DNA of 64,000 bases from Amoebidium appalachense (taxonomy: Eukaryota; Protista; Ichthyosporea): positions 15,533,615 to 15,597,614 of the forward strand of contig CAVNZM010000002.1 in NCBI GenBank assembly GCA_963693365.1, written 5' to 3'. The notes under the pieces were generated by a model. It had not been told where the DNA came from and did not search any database. It worked only from the letters and a program-made list of their open reading frames with translations. Positions 53,389-64,000 of this stretch are shown one piece after another. How positions within the stretch are numbered: position 1 is the stretch's first letter; every line of letters starts with the position of its first letter. A program made the position numbers and the translations under genes.

Positions 53389-56300
53389 TGTAACTTAGAG
53401 GTTTCTCTGTGAGACTTTATTATTTGCTGACTTGCATGGACTGGCCCGCCGGGACCTTTATATACTTGTGGTCTGGCTCACTGGAATGTTACATACTATT
53501 CCCGATTGGTCTACCCGCCGCTATGGATCTAGTCGCTACCAATCAAAACACTCCAATAGAATCTTCTAGACTCTTCTAGATCTATCCTGATCTATCGTGA
53601 ACCTATCCACCAGTTTATCCCGAATATCTCGAATATTCCCGATCACTAGTGCTACGCTAACGCAGGGCATACCGGATGGCTATCCTGTTCGACACCCCCA
53701 CTTGCACTGTGTTCTATCTATGTACCGCATGCAACCTAAACCTAAGATGCAACTCTAAAACTATGCTACTATACTAACACATATAACACCTACTACACGA
53801 ACATTAACACTACACTATTTGTAGTTCTTACTCAGCCATGCCGATGGCCTGCCGATGCTGCACTAACTTAAGTCTCCCTAAAGCTTTGGTGCACATGTCG
53901 GCCACGTTACTGTTCGTGCTGCAATACACAAGTTCTACATCCCCATTCTCCACACACTCACGGGTGTAGTGGTACTGAACGTCGATGTGTTTGCTCCTGT
54001 TATGGAGCATCGGGTTCCTTGCAAGCTTGATGCTGGCCTGGTTGTCGGCGTAGATGATGGTCGCCTCACTCATATCGTAGCCCAGCTGCCCCAGCAGCTG
54101 TCGTAGCCACTTAGCCTCTTTGACTGCCAGGCACGTAGCCATATACTCCGCCTCTGTAGATGAAGTAGCCACAGTCTTCTGTTGCTTGCTGCCCCAGCTG
54201 ATGGCCAGATCCATTGGCAGTGAAGATGTATCCGCTCGTCGACTTACGGTCGTCGGAGTTGCCAGCGTAATCGGAGTCAGTGAATCCCTCCACTGTTGTA
54301 CTCCCTCCTCGTCCTCCGCGGTAGACAATCCCGTAGTTGGTTGTCCCCTTGAGGTACCGGAGAAGATGTTTGGCTGCGTCCCAGTGTTGAAGTCCCGGGT
54401 TGCTCACGAACTTACTAAGTTCCCCCACTGCTTGTGCAATGTCTGGCCGGGTGGCCACCATTGCGTACATTAAGGAGCCCACAGCTCTGGCATAAGGAAC
54501 TTGCCGCATCGCCACTCTCTCCTCCTCGCTTGCCGGACTCATGGCCTTGCTCAACACACATCGCTCCGGTAGCGGTGTTGACTTACCCTTGCAGTCGACC
54601 ATGTTGAAGCGCCGCATCAATGACTTGATGTACGTTTCCTGTGACAACTTGATATCGCCTGTTGCAGCGTCACGACTGACCTGCACACCGAGTAGCAGCT
54701 TTGGCTCGCCGATCACCTTGACGGAGAACTTCGTCGCAACCTGCCTGACGAATTCTTGAATAAGATCATCTGTCGACGCCGCCACTAGCATGTCGTCCAC
54801 ATGCACAGCCACCACCGTCTTTCCACTTCCGTTGACCTTGAAGTAGACACATCGATCAGCTTCCACACGTGTGAAGCCAAGATCGACCATAGCCTCATGC
54901 ATCTTCTCATTCCAGCACCTTGCTGCTTGCTTGAGGCCATACAGACTCTTGTGCAAACGACACACATAGTCTTCCTTTCCGGGTACCTCGTACCCACGCG
55001 GTTGCTGCATGTACAGCTCTTCCTTGATGTCGCCGTTCAGGAACGCCGTGACGATATCTATTTGTGTGAGGTGCATGTTCTCTGCCGCTGCCATAGCGAA
55101 GAGAAGTCTGAAGCTGGTGAACTTGGCCACCGGGGCAAAGGTCTCTTCGTAGTCTATCCCCTCTTGCTGAGAGAAGCCCCTGGCCACACCACGGGCCTTG
55201 TAGCGCTCGACACTGCCGTCGGCGTTGCGTTTCATCTTGAAGACCCACTTGAAGGAAACTGCCCGACGACCTGGTGGGAGTGGCACCAGTGACCATGTCC
55301 CATTCTTGACTAGAGATTCGTACTCCTCGTCCAGCGCAGCCTTCCACTTTGCACCATCTGGCCTGGAGATTGCTTCTTCCAGTGTCACAGGGTCATCCTC
55401 ATTGCTATCAGCACTCTCAATTGCCATGCTGATACTGTCGCGGTACTCTACTACACCTGCGTTGATGCCGTAGGTCCCACCGCGCCTTGTAGTCATAGAC
55501 GGATAGGCACTTCTGGTTGCAACCTGCAACTCTGCACTATCTTCCTCGTCTCCTGACCCTGCCGCGTCCGAATCGCCGCTGTCCTCGCCCGCGCCGTCGC
55601 CGATAGCATCTGAATCATATCCACTGTCAGTGCCGATTGCAGGCTTCCGAAAGGAATGTTGCTTCTTGACGCTGATTGGATTCCTCGATTCCATGCTCTG
55701 CTGATTTCCGATTGGCTTATGCATCAGCAATTCCATTGGCTCATCTTGCACCACCGGAATACCGGCCTTTGGGGTGCATGATTCATCGATCACCACATCT
55801 CGCCCGACGATAGTCTTGCGCGCCTCGGTGTCCCACAACAAGTACGTCTTGCTGTCACCTGTGTAGCCGACGAATTTACACTCCCGACTCTTGGCGTCTA
55901 GCTTCCTGCGCTCGTCCTTCGGCACATGGACAAATGCCTTGCTACCAAATACACGTAGATGGCTAACATCGGGCTTCTCTCCATACCATGCCTCCCAAGG
56001 TGTCATGCCACCCAGTACTGTGGTTGGCGTCAGGTTCTTGATGTACACAGCTGCCTGTACTGCCAGCTGCCAGAACCCCATACTCATGCCTGCTGACTGC
56101 AGCATGCAGCGCGCCGTCTCGACAATGGTCCTGTTAGCCCTCTCTGCTACACCATTCTGCTCTGGTGTGTAAGGGACTGTCGCCTCATGTTCAATGCCGC
56201 ACGCTTCCAGGAACGACTTGAACTCAGTGGAGGTGTACTCACCCCCGTTGTCGGAACGCAGAATCTTGATGCTGGCACCGTGTTGCTTCTCTACGTGTGC

Positions 56301-58318
56301 CTTGTACTTCTTGAAGTAAGTATGCACTTGGGATTTATGTTTCATGAAGTACACCGTAGTGAACCTTGTCTTGTCGTCGATGAAGGTGACATAATACTTG
56401 GAACCTTGCAGCGACTCCTTGTTGAACGGTCCTGCCACATCAGAATGAACTCTGTCGAGCTTCGCTGGCGCTGTCTTGCGGGGTAGCTTACTGAAAGAGA
56501 GCCGGGCTTGCTTCCCTCTCGCGCATCCCTCGCACACACCGTCATCCTGGGGTTTGCAGTCGATGCACAGACCCTCGACGATGTTTTCTTTAGCCATTTT
56601 CTGTAGCGTGTTTGTTGCCACATGACCAAACCGCCGGTGCCATAAACTGGCGCTGCCCTTTACCGGCTCACACACGGTGTTACCCCCACTGCTGCCGACT
56701 GCAGTGGTCACCATGTTCACGCTCTCACATCCGGGTTTCACTAGGAGACGATACAGGCCTCCCTCCACTACCCCACGGGCCACAACTTGGCCATCTGTGG
56801 CACTCTCAATCGTACACTGTCGACCGTCGGTGATGCCTCTTAACCCGTGCTTGCCGGCGCTTGAAGCCGACATCACGTTAGTTCCAAATGCTGGCACGTA
56901 CAGCACATTCTGCAGTCTAAATGTCATGCTGTTGCCCTGGAACTCACTTGTTAATCTTACGACGCCTATTCCTAGCGCCATCACACCCGGGGTGTTACCC
57001 AGAGCGACGGGTTTGGGTGTGATCGACCGGAAGTCTTCCATCCAGTCCTTTCGGCATGTGACATGGGAGGTTGCGCCGCAGTCCCAATACCACTCAGTTG
57101 AAGAAGGGAGTCCGCTGTTTACCGCCATGGCGAGTATCTCCTTGGAAGCTCCGTTCTGCTTCGCCTTGTCGCCGCGATTGCCGCCCTTCTTCTTCTTTGG
57201 ACACTGTGACTTGTAGTGCCCAAACTTGTGACATTTGTAACACTCCACCTTGGATATGTCAGTCACGCGCGGCTTGCCGGTGTCCTGTCGTGGCGTACCG
57301 CCGCGCCCTTGGGTGCTGGTCATCATCACCCGCTGCTGTTCCCTTGCAGCCTCGTTCTCCTCAAAACCACGCAGCTTGGCGATTATCTTTTCCATTGTCT
57401 TCTCAGCTGCTGGTAAAGCTTGAATGGTCCTAACGTCGGTGCGGAATCGGTCGTCAGCGCCTTCACCGTCCAGGAATTTCTCGGCAACCATGTCCTCACT
57501 AACTCCATTGGGATCGATATGAAGAAGATCCTGCACAATGCACTCCAGACGGGCCGCATACTCCAGCACGCTTTCCGTCGGCATCATATCAGCACGCCAG
57601 AACTGTTGAATCAACATTCTCTTGTGCTCATCTGTGTTGCGCGCAGCGTATGATGCTACCGTATCCCATATGTCCTTGGGATTTCCTACGGCAATAGCTC
57701 GCCGACACAGGCTTGCAGGTACATCACCTAGTGTCTCCACCAGGTAGGAAGTCGCCTTCTTCTGATCCAAGGGGTCGATCTCCACCGGAGGTTGCTCCAC
57801 CGGTTCGCCGTCCTCTCCTATCACTTCAGGAGCCACGTCTTCAATCGTGTACCATAATTCCTCGCCCTCGAGGAAGCACTTCATGCGCATGGCCCACATT
57901 GAGTAGGATATTTTGCCCTTGCCTTCTCCTTCATACATGGGAACTGGACATTTTGCTCTTCCCATCTTGTCTCAACAGTCGCTTGATCGTAGCGTTGTAC
58001 TGGGCCCATAACCGTAACTTAGAGGTTTCTCTGTGAGACTTTATTATTTGCTGACTTGCATTGACTGGCCCGCCGGGACCTTTATATACTTGTGGTCTGG
58101 CTCACTGGAATGTTACATACTATTCCCGATTGGTCTACCCGCCGCTATGGATCTAGTCGCTACCAATCAAAACACTCCAATAGAATCTTCTAGACTCTTC
58201 TAGATCTATCCTGATCTATCGTGAACCTATCCACCAGTTTATCCCGAATATCTCGAATATTCCCGATCACTAGTGCTACGCTAACGCAGGGCATACCGGA
58301 TGGCTATCCTGTTCGACA
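53389..58318 (-). mobile_element. Full-length Ty1/Copia LTR retrotransposon
   Basis: 306-bp LTRs at 53389-53694 and 58013-58318 with two differences seen; ACTGG duplication at 53384-53388 and 58319-58323; primer site GGTTATGGGCCCAG next to the 5' LTR; purine tract AAGTGGGGG before the 3' LTR. Confidence 0.98.
53828..57965 (-). CDS. Copia Gag-Pol polyprotein (Gag, Zn knuckle, protease, integrase, RT, RNase H) with one frameshift near 54205
   Basis: CYKCHKFGHYKSQC, WYWDCGATSH, LWHRRFGH, RSDNGGEY, PEQNGVAERANR, VHVDDML, TDSDYAG. RNase H continues AISWGSKQQKTVATSSTEAEY in another frame. Confidence 0.95.
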
Positions 58319-58576
58319 ACTGGCAGCCTGAGAGTGACAGTGTGTGTGTTCCCACGACAGCAGTGCCTCGTTCGGAGGGAAATCAAATGTGCTTCCTGCA
58401 TTTGAGTTGTGATGAGGTGCTGGCATCAATTTGCAAGGCCAACAGCACTTCCACCCAAATTGAATAAGACATATTCGCATGGGAAACTTAATGACGTTAA
58501 AAGATAAATACATAGTATGTGGAGATGTAACGTTTGCTCGTACGTATACCGCCTTTCCCTTTCCGACTCGGCGCAC

Positions 58577-58613
<37 letters not shown>

Positions 58614-58920
58614 GTGGTTGGTTTTGCATGCCAAGGTTGAAAAACCATGTCCGCGATTAAGATGTCTGCCTAATCATTGGATTGGCATGTCACCAAGGCC
58701 TCCTACTCTGACGAGAGTTGCATGTCACAGGACTGTCCAGGCTCCACTAGTCTCCACATATGACATAGGCACATCTGTTTTGGCACCCACATGAAAAAAC
58801 TCTGTTGGTGAAGTTGGTCAGTGTGGTCCTAATACAAAATCCTAGATTATTTTCTAGCGTTTGCCGCTGTCCAATCTCTGCCTGTTGTCCTTTGGAGCGC
58901 CGCAAAAAACCAACCAGAGA

Positions 58921-59506
58921 ATGCATCTACTCCCTCTCACCGTCCTCCTCACCCTCTTTGCCTCCCTCCATCTTTCCTCCGCCCGCCCAAACACAAGGCG
59001 CCTTGGCAGCAATTCCTGCCTGAACGGACCAAGCTACTGGTGTCTTTCTGCAGAGAACGCGCTCTCCTGCAATGTTGATCCTAGCAAGTGCACGAAGCAC
59101 TGCTTGAGCGAGGAGAATGACCTGCTTGCAGCCTCAGACCTGTGCGAGGATTTGTTAGGAAGTGATGATGATGATGATGAAGAATCAGATGATGTGGAGG
59201 AGAACGACTATGATGTTCTACCCATTCTACCACGTGCTAAGCACGACGCAAAGAGCGCCGAGGATCCGTGCGCTGACCCAGCATTCTTCTGTAGGGCCGA
59301 AAACAAGTGCAAGGGTCAGATTCTAAACACACTCACTCTATCGTTTGGCGTGTCTCTCGTAATGCTGATTTTACCTCGGCAAGACCCTTGATCGAGAGTA
59401 TATGATAAATAGTGCCATCGCCGGTCTACCAACACTTACATTAAAAAAATGGTTTTTCTTATATGAACAGGCACAATCTTCAACCTGGCTTGCAAGGACC
59501 CCAACG
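58921..59506 (+). CDS. Secreted protein with a saposin A-type domain, first two exons (58921-59314, 59471-59506); remainder not found
   Basis: Signal peptide then CLNGPSYWCLSAENALSC, matching the SapA motif C-x2-GP-x-YWC-x-S-x3-A-x2-C; acidic linker; phase-1 GT-AG intron. Confidence 0.7.
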
Positions 59507-60431
59507 GTAAGTTAAACTAGTGAAGTCACATGCCCGAAAGCTAGAAATGATATAGAAGCAAGAATTTCGTCTCACAAATTTTGAAGTTATTTTGAAAGGA
59601 TGCGGGGGGGAGGGAGAGGGGGGGGAGGGGGGGGGGGGGGGGGGGGAGGGGAAGGGGGTACATCGAATGAACAATGCAGTTGAATGGAGGGGCAGGAGGT
59701 GGTGTATACTATATTGTGTTTACAATCAAACCAATGGGATACAACAAATACTTAACAGAGGAAAGCAAACACTATGATGGCACACAGAGATCTATGCGAA
59801 TGACAAAAGAAAAACAGAGAAATGAGAAAAAACGGCAAACTGGACTCAACAGGTCACGGTGTTGAGGTCGTTGTAGGGGCAATGGGGATGATACTGTGTG
59901 TATGGGTGGGTGGGTGGGGGGGGGGGGGGGGGGGAAGGGGGGGAGGGGGGGGGGGGGAGGTTTTTTTGTGTGTGAGGCGGGCCCGGGGAAGGGGGGGGGG
60001 GGGGGAGTTTTGTGTGCGGGGGGAGGGGGGGGAGGGGAGGGAGGGGCGGAAGGTTTGTGTGTGGGGGGGGAGAAGGGGGAAGGTTTGTGTGTATGTGGGG
60101 GAGGGGGGGGGGGGGGGGGGGGGGGGAGCGAAAGGGGCTGTTCAAAATGGCCAGAGTACCGGCCGCGGGGAGATGGGTGGGTGGGTGCGGATCTGTTTTT
60201 TTTTTTTTTCCTTTTTTTTTTTGGGGGGGGGGAGGGGGCAGAAGGGGGCGAGGGGGGGGAGGGGGGGGGCTACACTTGCAATTGGATGGGGATGGGACCC
60301 ATCGGAGCAGGGGCCATTACCGCATCATGCTGTAACCTGACTTATCATTGGAAGGGGAGTGAGCAGGATACCGTTTCGTTTTGAATTTAGAAAGAAACAG
60401 CCCCCCCCCCCCCCCCCCCCCCCCCCCGCCC

Positions 60432-60503
<72 letters not shown>

Positions 60504-61139
60504 TCCACATACACCCCTCCAAGGCACTTTAACGAATTTTTTGAGGCAAATTTACATTTACTAATGTATAACGTTATGCAGGTTTAAGCATAACGTTCAA
60601 GTTATGCACGTTTCAAAAAATTAAAAATGTAATAACTTGGGAACCGTTCAGCCAAAATGCACCAAGTTTTCACAGTTAGTGTGACACTGTTGTTATAACC
60701 CCTGCACACATACACTGAGATACCAGCAAAACAGTTAGTAATCTGCTCAAGCGATCACGAAAAAATATGAAAAAACTTTTAAAAAACTTTAGGTCAAATT
60801 TTTCGGTAAAATCCCTTCTCCCCCACCCACACAAACCACCGCCACCCCAACTGTCTTACACCTGCCTTTGTTCTTAGGACACACCGGATCAAACCCAGGT
60901 TAACACTGTAAACCGATACAAGTGGAAGTGTGGCTGGGCCGGGGGATAGTGTGACGCATGTTAACACCCGGCGACGGATGGCAAGATTGTATATCCTCTA
61001 CATCCCTATGACCCCTCTCCAGCCTCCCCCCTTCCCGCCGCCTTCCCCCCACCCCCTCACCACCTCCCCGGGCCCAACCCTCCCCCCCCCCCCTTCTCCG
61101 GGCCCCCTCCCCCCCCTCCCGGGAACTTGCATAAATTGG

Positions 61140-64000
61140 CACCATTAAAAAACAGCAGTGATAGTTGGTGATGTCCGAGCCCACGTAGGTGCTGAGTTTG
61201 ACGGTAGAGGCCAACTTGTCTCGTTTTGATGCAGGGACGTGTACATAGGCTGGGCAGCCAAACACGTGCAGGTGGGAGATGTCAGGCTTGACACCGTAGA
61301 AGACTTCAAACGGAGTAGGGCGATTGGCAGCTCTGGCCGGGGTCACGTTGATGATGTAGGCAGCATGCTTGAGAGCAGCCCCCCACAGCTTGGGGGAAAG
61401 GGAGTCGTCCTTGTCCTGGTGAAGGAAGCACCAAACGATCTCTTGCAGATCCCTCATCTTACGTTCAACGAAGCCGTTGAGCTGAGGGCAGTCAACCGGG
61501 GCAAATTCCTGAACGATGCCCTTGGACTGGCAGTACTGCTCCATGGCATGGGAGGTCGAGTCGGACCCGGAGTCGGAACGGGAGTGGGTCACCACCTTGT
61601 CGGGTTGCTTGTCGATACTCTAGACCAGGGCCTTGACGTATTCGAGAGTCTCTGATTGATCACGGAGGAGGTACACGATGGTGTAGCCGGAGGCATCACA
61701 GGTACACACGAGGGCCACCTTGTAGCCACCATAGGAGGCAAAGGTAGGCTCGAAGAAGTCCATGTGCCACTTGGCACCGGGGAAGGGGCACTGGGTTCTG
61801 GTGCCGGGGAACGGGGCCTTGGTGGTCTTGCCGGAGACACAGCCGAAGCAATCAGTGGTGTCAGCCACCGAGAGGGATGAGGGGAGGCCTGTCACGAGGT
61901 CACCTCTCACCATCTTGGTGAGGGTGGACATGGCACGGTGGCCGAGACGATGGTGCCAGAGCTTGGGATCCATGTTGACCTTGACGTTGGCAACCAGGGC
62001 AGTGACGGACCGGGGGATGGAGCCTCGGACGTACCTCACAGTCGGTGATGAAGTACAGTCCATCGTTGCCGGTGAGAGAACACACGATGTTGCCACCACG
62101 AGTGTAGAGGTAGGAGGGGAATTCATCCTCATCATCGAGGACTGGTGGGCAAGAAGACCCGACTTGGAGGCCATGGAGGGGGAAATCAGGAAGGCTGGGG
62201 AGTCGGGCACATAGTGTGTTGAGGCTGAGAACCGATGTAACTCCGTTGTAGTTGACGGCCAGGTTGATGATGCCACGGTGATGAGCAGTGACAATGCCGA
62301 GGCCGTGGACTTCGGTCGGGGGGCACGGCTCGAGGGTGGAGAAGTACTCCTTGACGGGGCACACATGGACGTTGGAGGCCGAGTCCCAGCAGGGGTCCAT
62401 GGGGAGGGAAGCCGTGGTTGAGACGAGGGCAAAATGCACCTCTTTGCCAGTCTTGGAGCTGGCACGGTGACGACGGGTAAAGGAGCAGCCAGGTTTGTCA
62501 CACTGAGTGACAGATGGTTCTCGTGGCAATAAGCACAGTCGAGGGAGCCAGTGGTCACGGTCTTGGCACGGAGTTGGCTGTGATGACGGTTACCCCCTTT
62601 ACGTGGGGGGTAGGGTGACCGGGAACGGGGACCGGGGGAACGGGACCGGGAGTAATCACGGTCGACGGAGGGGGATCTATCATTGGGACGACCACGGGGG
62701 TGACGGGAGACGGAGCTGTCACGTCGGGGGATCCGGTGACGGAGGTCGTCCTTGGGAAGGACACGGCTTTGCAGGGCACGTGCTGTACGGACGGAGGAGG
62801 AAGACCCGGACCCAGAGTCGATGAGACCTTCACGGATCTCTGCAGCTCGGATGTTACTGATGAGGCGGTTGTAGGTGTCGTAGCTGATGTGACGACGGAA
62901 GTAATCGGCAATCATGGCCTGGATGTCGGAACAAACCAGCTTAGGGTTCTTCTTGAGGTGGATGAAGAAGTTGTCAACCATGGTCTTGTGGGGGATGGGC
63001 TCATCGAGGATGTGCAGGGTAGTGCACAGACGGCGTGCCATGGTGAGGTAAGCCGTGACGGTCTTGAAGTCCTTGAGTTCACGCTCATGGTAGTCGAGGA
63101 GGATTTGACGAGCACGATCTTCACGTTCAGCCGCATAGGTCATACGGAGGTTGTGGAAAGCTTGGGCAGGTGACACATCATCGTGGATTTGACCAGAGTT
63201 ATACAGCTCATCATTGGAAACGAGTTGAGTAAACATCTGTTCAAGGAAGTTGGAAGCCTCGGTGTAGGCCTCCTCAGTGTCATAGCCATGCCACTCGTTC
63301 TCGTTGGAAGGATCGACCCACTCGGGGGCCTTGATGACGGGCACTAACTTGGCCGCGACTGTGGTACGCAGGTACCAGAAGATGACGGGTTCCCACTCAT
63401 AATAGGTGGGACGTTTGCCGGACTTCTTGTCCGTGGTGTCCTCCCCTTTCCAGGGGGTGAGGTTGAGGTACGCGGGCTTCTCCGACATGTTGATTGATCA
63501 GTCAGACGGTGCGCGGGAGAGGAATCAGATCGGTATTCAAATTTGAATAGTTTCGATTGCAGCGAGAAAATGTGTTGCAAGAGCGTGCGAAAATGGGCCT
63601 TTAACCTGTTGTTTTGCACGGGTCTAAGGGAGCAGAGTGCACAGACGTGTCATGTAAAACACGATTAACACAATAAAGAGACGGCAATCGGAGTTGTTCA
63701 CGACACATGAAAGTTTTCAAACAACAGCTGACCTTTTATTGTGCTCTCGGGTCTTTTTGTACTTGCAACTTATCATCTTATCTCAACTAAAAGAAGAGAA
63801 CCATCGGTTCTATCAGATGATAGAAAAACACATTCCAACAGAGCATATGCATTCCAACTTCCGACATAACTGAAACTGAGAAACTCTTACTTAAATAATT
63901 TAAGTAATTATTCATCTTGTCACTATTAATACACATATATATTTATACTCGTCTCTATAAAGAAACTCATTTAAATACATATATTTCCTAATAGTCGACA
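61140..64000 (-). mobile_element. Second, degenerate and 3'-truncated Copia element (5' LTR about 63607-64000, gag, protease, integrase)
   Basis: Minus strand reads TGTCGAC at 64000 through ...AACA at 63607, then GGTTAAAGGCCCA (primer-site-like). Motifs CWDSASNVHVC, LWHHRLGH, WHMDF, PQLNGFVERKMR and HVFGCPAYVHVP are spread over several frames. RT, RNase H and 3' LTR absent. The LTR start coincides with the window edge, so it is unconfirmed. Confidence 0.88.

Noticed and set aside
54190-54220. Programmed ribosomal frameshift in Copia RNase H
   Set aside because: No slippery heptamer, and Copia pol is normally continuous here; a point insertion or assembly error is simpler.
60540-60810. DNA transposon internal fragment (AT-rich with short palindromes)
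   Set aside because: No terminal inverted repeats, target duplication or second copy found in the window.

Overview
Eukaryotic, intron-rich genomic DNA. It is dense in poly-C/poly-G runs and (CA)n/(GA)n microsatellites, which account for most ORFs in the supplied track. A unicellular holozoan such as an ichthyosporean is a low-confidence guess from gene content. Host genes reconstructed by manual splicing: the last two exons of Rab18, an intronless 208-aa unknown gene, a 9-exon FUN14-domain gene, two tandem 2-exon genes for small Cys-rich putatively GPI-anchored proteins, a 14-exon GMPPA gene, a single-pass membrane protein ORF and the 5' part of a saposin-A-domain gene. Mobile DNA: a decayed LINE 3' fragment, a Penelope-like (Naiad/Chlamys-type) reverse transcriptase, a near-intact Copia element (306-bp LTRs, ACTGG target duplication, half-tRNAiMet primer site), a second truncated Copia and MITE-like inverted repeats. 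The most unusual region is about 2.5 kb downstream of the Penelope-like RT (roughly 29.2-31.3 kb). It holds a same-strand series of structured RNA-like modules separated by homopolymer and microsatellite spacers. Its distal modules recur as poly-C-bounded copies in host introns elsewhere in the window. All alignments and folds were done by eye.
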